DNA from: an uncultured Chloroflexia bacterium | Lineage (GTDB): Bacteria; Chloroflexota; Dehalococcoidia; DSTF01; JALHUB01 | Reading direction: 5' to 3' | DNA: 64,000 nucleotides | Assembly: GCA_963726245.1 (NCBI GenBank) | Contig: CAVSBT010000015.1 | Coordinates: 1-64,000 of the forward strand | Shown: piece after piece, positions 42,629 to 53,242 of the stretch | Position numbering within the stretch: the first letter of the stretch is position 1 | Layout: each line of letters begins with the position of its first letter | Program-made: the position numbers and the translations under genes | The notes under the pieces: model-generated | The model's input: only the letters and a program-made list of their open reading frames with translations | What the model was told of the DNA's origin: nothing | Databases searched by the model: none

Positions 42629-45526
42629 ATGGTGACCACCGACACTGACCTCCTCGCCCAAGCCACCCCCGTAGGGGCGCAAGGCCTTGCGCCCTTAGGA
42701 CCCCGCGACCCCTCCGCCCGCCTGCCCATCGAGCGGTTCTTCACGAGGCCTGACGCGGACGGGCAGGTCGTCCACCCCTACGACGGCGTGGAGTGGGAGA
42801 CCCGCGGCGCCGCCATACTCGCCGAGGACGGCAGCATCGTCTTCGAGCAGAAGGACGTGGAGGTGCCCGCCTTCTGGTCGCAGACCGCCACCAACGTCGT
42901 CGTCTCCAAGTACTTCCGCGGGCCGCTGGCCGGCCTCGTCGTCCACCACGAGAAGGGCGAGATCCGGCGCGAGACCTCCGTCCGCCAGCTCATCGACCGC
43001 GTGGTGGGAACGCTGAGGGACTGGGGCCTGAAGGATGGCTACTTCGCCGACGAGGAGGAGGCCTGCGTCTTCGCCGACGAGCTCACGCACCTGCTCCTCC
43101 ACCAGAAGGCCTCCTTCAACAGCCCTGTCTGGTTCAACGTGGGGGTGGAGGAGAAGCCCCAGTGCTCCGCCTGCTTCATCCTCTCCGTCGAGGACAATAT
43201 GGAGTCGATTCTGGACTGGTGCCGCACCGAGGGGATGATCTTCAAGGGTGGCTCCGGCTCCGGCGTCAACCTTTCGCGGCTGCGCTCCGGGCGGGAGCCC
43301 CTTTCGTCGGGAGGTCTGGCCTCGGGCCCCGTGTCCTTCATGCGCGGCGCCGACTCCATCGCCGGCTCCATCAAGTCGGGCGGCAAGACGCGTCGCGCCG
43401 CCAAGATGGTCATCCTCAACGCCGACCACCCGGACATCCTCGAGTTCATCGAGTGCAAGGCGAAGGAAGAGCGCAAGGCGCACGCCCTGGGCGAGGCGGG
43501 CTGGGACATGTCCCTCAACGGCGAGGCCTGGACCTCCGTCCAGTTCCAGAACGCCAACAACTCGGTGCGGGCCACCGACGAGTTCATGCGCGCCGCCATC
43601 GAGGACTGCGACTGGCCCCTGCGCGCCGTCACGAGCGGCCAGGTGCTGGAGACGATGCGCGCCCGCGACCTCCTGCGCCGCATCGCGCAGGCCACCTGGG
43701 AGTGCGGCGACCCCGGCATGCAGTTCGACACCACCGTCAACCGCTGGCACACTTGCCCCAGCAGCGGTCGCATCAACGCCTCCAACCCCTGCTCCGAGTA
43801 CATGCACGTGGACAACTCGGCCTGCAACCTGGCCTCCCTCAACCTGATGCGGTTCATGGACGACGAGGGCAGTTTCGATATCGAGGCGTTCCGGCGCGCC
43901 GTGGCCGTGGTCATCCTGGCCCAGGAGATCATCGTCGACAACTCCAGCTACCCGACGCCGCGCATCACGGAGAACGCCCGCGACTTCCACCAGCTCGGCC
44001 TGGGCTACGCCAACCTGGGCGCCCTCCTCATGTCACTGGGCATCCCCTACGACTCCGACGCCGGTCGCGCTTACGCCGCCGCCCTCACCGCCATCATGAC
44101 CGGCCATGCCTACGCCGTCTCGGCCCGTATCGCCGCCCGCATGGGGCCCTTCGCCGGCTACGAACTGAACCGGGAGCCCATGCTCGCGGTCATCCGACAG
44201 CACCGGGACGCGACGGGAAGACTTGTGCAACAAGCGGCAGGCAAGAAGCAACAAGGGGAGGCGGCGGACCCGGTTCCTGGTTCCCAGTTCCCGGTTCCTG
44301 GGGAGGTTCCCGGCGGTGAGGGGCTGCTGGCGGCGGCCCGGTCGGCCTGGGACGAGGCCCTCTCCCTGGGCGAGGCCCACGGCTATCGGAACGCCCAGGT
44401 CAGCGTGCTCGCCCCCACGGGTACCATCGCCTTCATGATGGACTGCGACACCACCGGCGTGGAGCCCGACATGGCCCTCATCAAGTACAAGAAGCTGGTG
44501 GGCGGCGGCGTCCTCAAGATGGTGAACCAGACGGTGCCGCGCGCCCTCCGGACACGCTGGGCTACGCGCCCGAGGAGATCGAGGCCATCGTTGCCCACCT
44601 GGACGACACGGGCACCATCGAGGGGGCGCCCGGCCTGCGACGAGGAGCACCTGCCCGTCTTCGACTGCGCCTTCCGGCCCGAGAACGGCTCTCGCTCCAT
44701 CACGTCCCTGGGCCACATACGGATGATGGGCGCCGTCCAGCCCTTCATCTCCGGCGCGATCTCGAAGACGGTGAACCTGCCCAACGACGCCGGCGTCGAC
44801 GATGTGATGGAGACCTTCGTCCAGGCGTGGCAGCACGGCCTCAAGGCGATCGCCATCTACCGCGACGGCTCCAAGCGCACGCAGCCCCTATCGACTTCGG
44901 CTGGCGAGCACAAGGCGGCCGCGTCCGCCGCTGAGGCGAGCACGAAGCCGGAGCCGGTGCGACGGCGCCTCCCCGAGACGCGCGACTCGACCACCCACAA
45001 GTTCTCCATCGAGGGGCACGAGGGCTACATCACCGTCGGCATGTACGAGGACGGGTCGCCGGGGGAGATCTTCGTCACCATGGCCAAGGAGGGGAGCGCC
45101 ATCTCCGGCATGATGGACGCCTTCGCCACGTCCATCTCCCTGACCCTCCAGTACGGCGTGCCCCTGGTCGACCTGGTGCACAAGTTCAGCCACATGCGCT
45201 TCGAGCCGGCGGGCCGCACCGAGAACCGTGAGATCCCGGTGGCGCAGTCGGTGGTCGACTACATCTTCCGCTGGCTGGCCTCGCGCTTCTTGAGCGAGGA
45301 GGAGAAGGCGGAACTGGGCATCCTCTCGGAGGAGGTGCGGGCGCGTCTCTCGGCCGAATACGGCACTCAGGGCCAGTTCCGGATAGAGGTGGACAAGGGC
45401 AACGGCAAGTCGTCGCGCAACGGCGAGAGCGACGCGCCGCCCTGCATGAACTGCGGCTGGATCATGACCCGCTGCGGATCGTGCTATCGCTGCGAGAACT
45501 GCGGGAGCACCAGCGGGTGCTCATAG
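42629..45526 (+). CDS. nrdJ: Class II (adenosylcobalamin-dependent) ribonucleotide reductase 1, with TSCPD domain and C-terminal zinc ribbon; compensating indels at about 44550-44640
   Basis: FNSPVWFN, QCSACFI, GGKTRRAAKM, FQNANNSV, ASNPCSEY, LGLGYANLG, APTGTI, ISKTVN, YRDGSK, CMNCG...CENCG. Confidence 0.95.
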   Translation: MVTTDTDLLAQATPVGAQGLAPLGPRDPSARLPIERFFTRPDADGQVVHPYDGVEWETRGAAILAEDGSIVFEQKDVEVPAFWSQTATNVVVSKYFRGPLAGLVVHHEKGEIRRETSVRQLIDRVVGTLRDWGLKDGYFADEEEACVFADELTHLLLHQKASFNSPVWFNVGVEEKPQCSACFILSVEDNMESILDWCRTEGMIFKGGSGSGVNLSRLRSGREPLSSGGLASGPVSFMRGADSIAGSIKSGGKTRRAAKMVILNADHPDILEFIECKAKEERKAHALGEAGWDMSLNGEAWTSVQFQNANNSVRATDEFMRAAIEDCDWPLRAVTSGQVLETMRARDLLRRIAQATWECGDPGMQFDTTVNRWHTCPSSGRINASNPCSEYMHVDNSACNLASLNLMRFMDDEGSFDIEAFRRAVAVVILAQEIIVDNSSYPTPRITENARDFHQLGLGYANLGALLMSLGIPYDSDAGRAYAAALTAIMTGHAYAVSARIAARMGPFAGYELNREPMLAVIRQHRDATGRLVQQAAGKKQQGEAADPVPGSQFPVPGEVPGGEGLLAAARSAWDEALSLGEAHGYRNAQVSVLAPTGTIAFMMDCDTTGVEPDMALIKYKKLVGGGVLKMVNQTVPRALRTRWATRPRRSRPSLPTWTTRAPSRGRPACDEEHLPVFDCAFRPENGSRSITSLGHIRMMGAVQPFISGAISKTVNLPNDAGVDDVMETFVQAWQHGLKAIAIYRDGSKRTQPLSTSAGEHKAAASAAEASTKPEPVRRRLPETRDSTTHKFSIEGHEGYITVGMYEDGSPGEIFVTMAKEGSAISGMMDAFATSISLTLQYGVPLVDLVHKFSHMRFEPAGRTENREIPVAQSVVDYIFRWLASRFLSEEEKAELGILSEEVRARLSAEYGTQGQFRIEVDKGNGKSSRNGESDAPPCMNCGWIMTRCGSCYRCENCGSTSGCS
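42671..42698. repeat. GTAG-REP inserted in frame in the nrdJ1 N-terminus
   Basis: GTAGGGGCGCAAGGCCTTGCGCCCTTAG, nearly identical to the intergenic REP at 25969; translated as VGAQGLAPL. Confidence 0.75.
44227..44310. repeat. Heptamer-array insertion inside nrdJ1
   Basis: GCAACAA GCGGCAG GCAAGAA GCAACAA ... CGGTTCC TGGTTCC CAGTTCC CGGTTCC ... AGGTTCC. Confidence 0.8.
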
Positions 45527-45641
45527 GTTAGGCGTATCGCGACGGGTCTACCCCGCCCCGCCTGCCTGCTGGCAGGCAAGCCGGTCGATTCATGATTCCC
45601 CGCCACCAGCCATCGACCGGCAAGGACTCGTCGTGAGAGCA

Positions 45642-45676
45642 GTGGCGGCGGGCTCCCCGTCGGGGTCCGCCGCCAC
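45642..45676. other. Strong GC hairpin between the two nrdJ genes, followed by a probable promoter (TAAAAT near 45717)
   Basis: GTGGCGGCGGGCTCC-ccgtc-GGGGTCCGCCGCCAC with no U-tract; short palindrome CCTGCCTGCTGGCAGGCAAG at about 45560. Confidence 0.55.
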
Positions 45677-45730
45677 AATGCCTCAGCGCTTTCGACACGC
45701 GCTCGGACAGACGTGCTAAAATGAGGTGCC

Positions 45731-48252
45731 ATGACCGCTACCAGGCGCACCTCGACCCGTTCTCCGAGGAAGCCAGGCCGCCCCAAGCTGCCTCTCTCGA
45801 CTAACGCCCGCGTCGTCCTCGAGAGGCGCTACCTGGCCCGGGACGAGAGCGGCCGCCTGATCGAGAAGCCGGAGGACCTCTTCCGGCGGGTGGCCCACAA
45901 CATCGCCCTGGCCGAGAAGGGCTACGGCGCCTCCAAGGAGCAGGTGGCGGCCTGGGAGGAGCGTTTCTACCCCCTCCTCACCTCGCTGCGCTTCCTGCCC
46001 AACTCCCCCACCCTAGGCAACGCCGGCCGCCCCCTCCAGCAGCTTTCGGCCTGCTTCGTCCTCCCCGTCGAGGACTCCATGACCGGCATCTTCGAGACCA
46101 TCAAGGACACGGCGCTCATCCACCAGAGCGGCGGCGGCACCGGCTTCGCCTTCAGCCGCCTGCGCCCCGCCGGCGACCGCGTCCAGTCGACGGGCGGCAT
46201 CGCCAGCGGGCCCGTCTCCTTCATGCGCGTCTTCGACGCCGCCACCGAGGCCATCAAGCAGGGCGGCACCCGCCGCGGCGCCAACATGGCCATCCTGGCC
46301 GCGGAGCACCCCGACATCGAGGAGTTCGTCAACCTCAAGTCGGACATGGTCACCCTCACCAACTTCAACATCTCGGTGGCGGCCAGCGACGCGTTCATGG
46401 GCGCCGTGGAGCGCAACGACGGAGTACGAGCTGGTCAACCCCCGCAACGGCCAGGTGGTGCGCCGCCTCAACGGCCGCCACGTCTTCCGCCAGATCGTGG
46501 AGAACGCCTGGAAGAACGGCGACCCCGGCCTGGTCTTCCTGGACCACGTCAACCGGGACAACCCGACGCCTCAGTTGGGCCGCATCGAGGCCACCAACCC
46601 CTGCGGCGAGCAGCCCCTCCTGCCCTACGAGTCCTGCAACCTGGGCTCCCTGGACGTGTCGAAGTTCGTGCGGGAGGAGCAGGCGACAAGCGGACAGGCA
46701 TACAGGCGGGGCGGCGGGGCCCAGTTCCCGATTCCCAGTTCCCGGTTCCCGGCGCGGAGCGTGGACTGGGAGGGGCTGGCGGACGTCATCCCCCTCTGCG
46801 TGCGCTTCCTCGACGACGTCATCGACATGAACCTCTACCCCATCCCCGAGATCGAGCGGATGACGAAGCTCACCCGCAAGATCGGCCTCGGGGTCATGGG
46901 CTGGGCTGACCTGCTGTTCCGGCTGGGCATACCCTACGACTCGGAGGAGGCCTCTGAGCCTCGGCGAGCGCCTGATGACCTTCATCCAGGAGCACGCCGA
47001 CCGCGCCTCCGAGGAGCTGGCCCGCGAGCGAGGCGTCTTCCCGGCCTGGGAGGGCTCAGTCTACGAGAAGGCCGGCCGGCGGCTGCGAAACGCTACCCGC
47101 ACGACGGTGGCGCCTACCGGCACCCTCTCCATCATCGCCGACTGCTCGGCGGGCATCGAGCCCGTCTTCGCGCTGGCCTTCGTCCGACAGCACTTCCTGG
47201 ACGCCAAGGACCCGGGCCGGGTCAGCCAGCTTTCGCAGGTGGACAGGTGCTTCGAGGAGACGGCGCGCCGGCTGGGCTTCCACTCGCCGGAGCTGATGGA
47301 GGAGCTGGCGCGGGTGGGCAGCCTGAAGGCGCTGTCGGCCAGCCGCCGCCGCTCGATACCGGCCGCTGTGCGGAAGGTCTTCGTCGCCGCCCACGACATC
47401 GCCCCCGAGTGGCACGTGCGCATGCAGGCCGCCTTCCAGCGCCACACCGACAACGCCGTCAGCAAGACGATCAACTTCCCCGAGACGGCCACGCCCGACG
47501 ACGTGGAGAAGGCCTACCTCCTGGCCTACCGCGAGGGCTGCAAGGGCATCACCATCTACCGGGACCGCTCGCGGGAGATGCAGGTGCTGTCTCACGCCAC
47601 CGATGCGCGGCCCCGAGCAGGCCGAGGCCGCCGCCGCCGAGGTCGCGATGGCCCTGCCGCCCGGCGTCCTGCCGCCCGCGGGCCGGGCCGCCGTCCCCTA
47701 CCGGCGCCGCCTGCCCGGAGGAGCGTCGCTCCATCACCCACAAGTTCCGCGTGGGGGAGCAGGAGGGCTACCTGACGGTGGGCCTCTTCGAGGACGGCTC
47801 GCCGGGGGAGGTGTTCATCACCATCTCCAAGGAGGGCTCCACCATCCGCGGGCTCATGGACTCGCTGGCGGTGATGACGTCGCTGGCCCTCCAGTACGGC
47901 GTCCCCATCGAGAACCTGGCCGCCAAGTTCAAGAGCGTCCGCTTCGAGCCGCACGGCTTCACGAGCAACCCCGAGATCCCGCAGGCGAGCTCGCTGGTGG
48001 ACTACATGTTCCGCTGGCTGGAGCTGAAGTTTGCGAGCAAGGAACCAGGAACCAGGAACCCGAGCAAGGAACCAGGAACGCAGGGACCGGAACCGGGGAG
48101 AGGGCGGACGGCCCGCTGGTTCCCGGCATCTGGTTCCTGGTTCCTCCTCCGACGTCTCCACCGGCCTCCTCTGCCCGGAGTGCGGCGCCATCCTCGTCTT
48201 CGCCGAGGGCTGCCTCATCTGCCGCCGCTGCGGCTACAACAAGTGCGGGTGA
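45731..48252 (+). CDS. nrdJ: Class II ribonucleotide reductase 2 (dissimilar paralog), with TSCPD domain and zinc ribbon; several frameshifts
   Basis: [80 protein letters not shown]...CRRCG. Confidence 0.94.
46676..46749. repeat. Heptamer-array insertion inside nrdJ2, just after the CNLGS motif
   Basis: GGAGCAG GCGACAA GCGGACAG GCATACAG ... CAGTTCC CGATTCC CAGTTCC CGGTTCC. Confidence 0.75.
48034..48144. repeat. Inverted heptamer array in the nrdJ2 linker before the zinc ribbon
   Basis: CGAGCAA GGAACCA GGAACCA GGAACC CGAGCAA GGAACCA ... TGGTTCC CGGCATC TGGTTCC TGGTTCC. Confidence 0.85.
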
Positions 48253-48302
48253 GGGCGACCGACAGGCATGTCGGGCCGAACCTGAGCCGCCTAGCGCACG
48301 AA

Positions 48303-48355
48303 GTAGCTGCAGACCTTCAGGTCTGCATTGGGCAGGGCTGAAGCCCTGCAGCTAC
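48303..48355. repeat. GTAG-type REP doublet (REPIN-like)
   Basis: GTAGCTGCAGACCTTCAGGTCTGC-attgg-GCAGGGCTGAAGCCCTGCAGCTAC. Confidence 0.8.
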
Positions 48356-48459
48356 GGCCAGAACGGATTGCTCGTCTTCGCACGCCATGTGAGGACGCGG
48401 TGAATCTCCTCTAAAGACTAGTTGACAGAATCACGCCCTCGATTTAATCTGCGGGGGCC

Positions 48460-49891
48460 GTGCACCCCGCCAGCATCTCTCGCCCCGGCCTGACTGCACC
48501 ACGCCGCCCAGCGGCGGCAGCCCGCTGTCCGGCGGGCAGGCTGGCTTCTCCTCTTGGTCGCCCTGGCCGTTGTCCTGCCTCACTTCCCGGCCGGGCCCTG
48601 GCGCAGCCCGTCGCGCCCTGCTCGGTCAACGTATCACCAAACCAGAGCCTGCAGGCGGCCATCGCCTCCGCGCCGGCGGGCGGCGTCATCTGCCTGTCCG
48701 GCGGCCTCTACGTGGAGACGCCCGTCTTCGACCAGACGACGCCTCCCGGCCTCACCCTGCGCGGCGCCGGACCCGACGCCACCGTCATCGACGGCCTCGG
48801 CGCCCGCGACGGGGTGCTCATCCTCAACGCCAGCGGCACCACGCTGGAGGACCTGAGCGTGCGAGGCGGCGTCCCCGCCAACGTCTACGTCTTCAACTCC
48901 ATTGACGTCCGGCTGCGGAACGTGGTCGTGTCCGGGGGCGGCGTCGGCATCCACATCGACGCCGGCAGCAACGCCGAGGTGAGCGGCGCGCTGGTGACGG
49001 GCGTCTCGGGCGACGGCGTCCTGATCCGCAACGGCTCCAGCGCCGCCGTCATGAGCAGCGAGATACGGGGCAACGGCGGCGTGGGCGTGTCGGCGGTAGG
49101 CAACGTGGGCCGGGTCCAGGTATCGACGAGCGAGGTGGCGTCGAACCGGGGGCCGGGCTTCTTCGCCGGCCAGACGCCCTGCCAGCTCCTGCCCCCGGCC
49201 ACCGTCGAACCCCCGCCCTGCTTCCTGGCCAACCCCGCGCGCCTTCGTCGCCAGCGGCGAGTTCCACCTGAACGAGAACACCATCGAGGACAACGGCAGC
49301 ACCGGGCTGGTCTTCTTCCCCGGCACGAAGGCCACCCTCATCAAGAACAAGATCAACGACAACCGCCTGACGGGGCTCTTCGTGTGGGGCGCCGACGTCT
49401 CCGCCCTCCTCAACCGCTTCGAGCGCAACCAGGAGCACGGCGCCGAGTACCGCGCCTATCCGGCGCCGCGACTGCCCGGCCAGCCTCAGGGCACCATACC
49501 GCGGCGGGCGACGGGCTCCTTCCTGGGCAACGTCGTGCAGGACACCGCTCCCCTGGGCCGCATACTGGGCGGCGGCCTCCTCTCGCAGGGCGGCAAGCTC
49601 ATCGTGCGCGACAGTAGCTTCGTTGACAACGCCGGCATCGGCGTCTCATTCGTCAACGGCGCCGAAGGAGACGTTATCTCCAACCACATCATGTGGAACA
49701 AGGGCTCCGCCATCTGTCTCTGGTACGCCGGCTCGGTGAAGACCGACGGGAACACCGTCGGGGGCAACATGGCCGACCGGGTTGGCGTCTGCGCCGAGCG
49801 GGCCACTGATACGCACGATGGGAGCGGTGGCCCCTCCGCCCGCCCGGCACCGCCCCGCCGCGGGTGCTCACAGCGGATGTCGAACGGATAA
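48460..49891 (+). CDS. Secreted right-handed parallel beta-helix (pectin lyase-like/NosD-like) protein, frameshifted
   Basis: SLQAAIASAPAGGVICLSGGLY, LRGAGPDATVIDG, repeated GV.I / N..G beta-helix turns. Confidence 0.78.
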
Positions 49892-49945
49892 ACGGATGAG
49901 GATGGGGACGCATCCGCGTATCCGTTCCCTATTCGTTGTGAGCAC
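49864..49945. repeat. Long hairpin built from ACGGAT/ATCCGT units
   Basis: GTGCTCACAGCGGATGTCGAACGGATAAACGGATG ... CATCCGCGTATCCGTTCCCTATTCGTTGTGAGCAC. Confidence 0.75.
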
Positions 49946-49980
49946 TGCCACGCGGTCGCGCCGGGTGCTATGCTCGCCGC

Positions 49981-50691
49981 GTGGGTATCGCCGACAACCT
50001 GCGGTCGGTGCGGGAGCGCGTGGCGGCGGCCTGCGAACGGGTGGGCCGCTCTCCCGATGAGGTCACACTCGTCGGGGTGAGCAAGGGCTTCCCGGCGGCG
50101 CTGGTCGTCGAGGCCTGCCGCGCCGGTCTGACCGACGTCGGAGAGAACCGGGTGCAGGAGGCGGCCGCCAAGATTCCCGCGGTCGAGGCGCTCGGGACGC
50201 GCCCGCGCTGGCACCTCGTGGGTCACTTGCAGACGAACAAGGTCAAGACAGCACTGGGGCTCTTTGCTATAATTCACAGCGTCGATTCCGAGCGCCTGGC
50301 TGAGTTCATCGGCCGCCAGGCGGCGAGCTTTCCCGTAGCCGGGCCGGCGCCTATCCTGCTGGAGGTCAACGTCGCCGGCGAGGCCGGCAAGTTCGGCTTC
50401 AGGCCGGAGGACACGGGCCGGGCACTGGACCGGATCGCCGGGCTGCAGGGCCTTACCGTGCAGGGGCTGATGACGGTGGCCCCGATGGTCGACGATCCGG
50501 AGGAAGCGCGGCCCGTCTTTCGTGAGCTGCGCCGCCTGCGGGACGCGTTGGGGCTGCGGCACCTGTCCATGGGCATGACGGACGACTTCGAGGTGGCCAT
50601 CGAGGAGGGCGCGACGATGGTCCGCATCGGACGCGCCATCTTCGGGCCCCGGGAGCCGGCCTGGGAGTGGGCGCGACCTAAGGAGGAGTAG
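49981..50691 (+). CDS. yggS: PLP homeostasis protein (YggS/PROSC)
   Basis: [56 protein letters not shown]. Confidence 0.95.
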   Translation: MGIADNLRSVRERVAAACERVGRSPDEVTLVGVSKGFPAALVVEACRAGLTDVGENRVQEAAAKIPAVEALGTRPRWHLVGHLQTNKVKTALGLFAIIHSVDSERLAEFIGRQAASFPVAGPAPILLEVNVAGEAGKFGFRPEDTGRALDRIAGLQGLTVQGLMTVAPMVDDPEEARPVFRELRRLRDALGLRHLSMGMTDDFEVAIEEGATMVRIGRAIFGPREPAWEWARPKEE

Positions 50692-50692
50692 A

Positions 50693-51499
50693 ATGGCGGT
50701 TCGGCTGGGACTGATCGGTGGCGGCCTCATGGGCGAGGCTATAGTGGCTGCCGTCTTGAAGAAGGGCGTCCTCTCGCCTTCCGACATCGTGGTCAGCGAC
50801 CTGAGGCCTGAGCGACGGGACCTGATGGCCCGTCAGTACGGCCTCGCCACCACCGACGACAACGCCCGCGTGGCCGCCGAGTCGGACATCGCTCTCCTGG
50901 CCGTTAAGCCCCAGGAGTTCGGAGGCGTCGCCAAGGTCATTCAGGGCCACCTGGACTCCCGTCAGACAGTGGTCTCCATCATGGCGGGCGTGCGCATCGA
51001 GCGCCTGTGCAGCACTCTAGACCACTCGATGGTGGTGCGGGTCATGCCCAACACTCCGGCCATGGTCGGCGAGGGCATGAGCCTGTGGACGGCCACCGAC
51101 GCCGTCACTGAGGAGGCGCGCGAGAGCATACAGAAGCTCCTGGCGGCTATGGGCCGCGAGCTGTACATGGCCGACGAGAAGTATCTGGACATGGCGACCG
51201 CCGTCTCCGCCAGCAGCCCGGCCTTCATCTTCCTGGTGATGGAGGCGTTAACCGACGCCGGCGTGCACATCGGGCTGCGACGTGACCTGGCCATCGAGAT
51301 GGTGACCCAGACGGTGCTGGGGACGGCGCGCCTGGCCCAGGAGACGGGCACGCCCTTCTCCGAGCTGCGGCACATGGTAACTTCGCCCGCCGGCACCACC
51401 GCCGAGGGGCTGCGCGTGCTGGAGAACGCCCGCATGCGCGCCGCCGTGATTGAGGCCATCATCGCCACCTACGAGAAGGGGAAGACCCTGGGAGGGTAG
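50693..51499 (+). CDS. proC: Pyrroline-5-carboxylate reductase
   Basis: [34 protein letters not shown]. Confidence 0.95.
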   Translation: MAVRLGLIGGGLMGEAIVAAVLKKGVLSPSDIVVSDLRPERRDLMARQYGLATTDDNARVAAESDIALLAVKPQEFGGVAKVIQGHLDSRQTVVSIMAGVRIERLCSTLDHSMVVRVMPNTPAMVGEGMSLWTATDAVTEEARESIQKLLAAMGRELYMADEKYLDMATAVSASSPAFIFLVMEALTDAGVHIGLRRDLAIEMVTQTVLGTARLAQETGTPFSELRHMVTSPAGTTAEGLRVLENARMRAAVIEAIIATYEKGKTLGG

Positions 51500-51749
51500 C
51501 GCCATCCTAGCCAACATTGTCCTCGTCCTGACCCAGGTTCTTTCGATTGCCATCTTCGCGCGGGCCATCCTCTCCTGGTTCGCTCTCGACGCGCGCAACC
51601 CGCTGATCGAGATGCTGGACCAGATCACGGAGCCCATCCTCTCGCCGCTGCGACGGATCGTGCCCCGCATGGGCATGATCGACATCACGCCGCTGGTGGC
51701 CATCATCCTTCTCCAAGTATTGGGGCAGGCCGTAGCCGGGAGCCTCTAG
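51500..51749 (+). CDS. yggT: YggT family membrane protein (start codon unclear)
   Basis: RAILSWF, ITEPILSPLRRIVPRMGMIDITPLVA. Confidence 0.85.
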
Positions 51750-51785
51750 GCTCGCGGCTCGAGGTTCGAGGATCGAAGTTCGAGG
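51744..51785. repeat. Six-unit heptamer array at the yggT/yggU convergence
   Basis: CTCTAGG CTCGCGG CTCGAGG TTCGAGG ATCGAAG TTCGAGG. Confidence 0.7.
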
Positions 51786-52035
51786 CGGCGGTGCACCTCC
51801 GCCGCGTCCAGGCTCTCCACTGACACCAGCTTCTGGCGGCTTCGCTGCCCGCGCACGATGCGCAGGGAGGACTTCGGGACGCCGAGCGCCTCGACAGCAA
51901 GCGCAGGAGGGCCTCGTTGGCGCGGCCCTCCACGGGCGGCGCCGTCACCCTCGCCCGCAGGACGTCGCCCTCCAGGCCCAGCACCTCATCTCGTGCCGAG
52001 CGCGGCGTCAGGTGGACGCGGAGGGTGGTGGGCAT
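51746..52035 (-). CDS. yggU: DUF167/YggU family protein, frameshifted; C-terminus encoded by a heptamer array
   Basis: LRVHLTPRSARDEV...RARVTAPPVEGRANEAL...GQRSRQK. Confidence 0.85.
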
Positions 52036-52147
52036 GGCTGCCTTACGCTCTCGGGCGCTTGCAGTCCGGCTAAGAGCCGTGGTGGGCTTGCTGCGTACCC
52101 AGGTTGGCGAAGTCGGCGTAGCTCTTGCTTCGAGCAAGGGCCTGAAA

Positions 52148-52980
52148 TCACCGACCGTCGCGAGGCGCCCTGAACCCGGGCTTGCCTCCAAAGGTCGTCG
52201 GGGGAGACGGGCACCACTTGTCAGGGTCCTCGAATCTGACCTGCGCCTCGATCTCCCGCACCAAGACCGGTCTTCGGGTAAGCCCAATCCGCTGAACGCC
52301 GCACCACCATCTTCGTCCACTATCACGCCGCGCCTTCGCGTCGATCTCAAGACGCCAGTTCTGGCAGCGCATGGACAACTGTCGAATGTGTAAATCCGTG
52401 GGGGGGTGGACTCGCAAGGCCAGGCGATCCGTCCAGGAGCCTGGCGAATCACTCAGATCCCGGCCTGTCAGCTTAGGACGATCCCAGTTGTCGGGACGTA
52501 CGAGGATCACGTTCTCTTCAACGACGACCGTTTCGGCGCCGGCGAGCATCAAAGAAGCGTCCCGAGACCACTGGGACACCGTCGCCTATGATTCGAAGAG
52601 ATAGTACAGCAACATCGCCCACCGTGATCAGCGGCCCCTGCCCCAGCAGCATGATGGTGCCGACCACCGTCACGGCAGGAGCCTTCATGGCGAAGGGGAT
52701 GCTGGTCAAAGGGCTCTCGGTGGCTCGGCGCTTGTCAGCCTCCGCTACTTCTCGAGGGCTGATGACCCCACGTGTCTTTCTTGTCATGGCACAATCCGCA
52801 GAGGAGCGTGATGCCCTTTGGCGCGTGCCTGTGGGCGGCAGGGAACTCAGGTGCAAAGTGATGGTACTGAATGGGAAACGCGCCGCAAATGACGCAACAG
52901 AATTTGCACCTCTGCCGCACGGCGCGCTTCACGGCGTCAGGAATCTCGCGGCTCAGGCCGTGGGCGTTTGATTCAGCCAT
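52148..52980 (-). CDS. HNH endonuclease-domain protein, multiply frameshifted, lower GC (accessory)
   Basis: HGLSREIPDAVKRAVRQRC...CVICG...YHHF.PEF...GITLLCGLCHDKK; C-terminal beta-rich part split over frames. Confidence 0.72.
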
Positions 52981-53242
52981 GGCGCTGGCCTTGACCCGAC
53001 CATCCAACCACTCCATACTAGGACCTCATTTCTCAGCACTCTGTGCGGCTCGGAATGTAGAAGGGCACGATACCCCTCGTCAATGATGGCGCGTAGAACC
53101 CCGTGCCACATCGGCCGGCGGACGCCTATGTGTTCCCGGTTCCCAATTCCTTCGTTTTCTCCCTTGCAGAGCCCCCAGCCCTGTGCTATCATGCCGCAGA
53201 AAGTAGAACACATGCGCCAAGATGCGCTCAGGGAGGGCTCTC

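Noticed and set aside
44550-44640. Odd peptide TRWATRPRRSRPSLPTW in NrdJ1 as a novel insertion
   Set aside because: Another frame gives the expected LGYAPEEIEAIVAHLDDTGTIEGAPGL, so these are two compensating indels.
48034-48144. CRISPR array
   Set aside because: Units are 7 bp with no unique spacers, and there are no cas genes in the window.
53120-53220. LexA/SOS box upstream of recA
   Set aside because: Only half-sites (ATGTGTTC, AGAACACAT) are present, with no complete GAAC-N4-GTTC.
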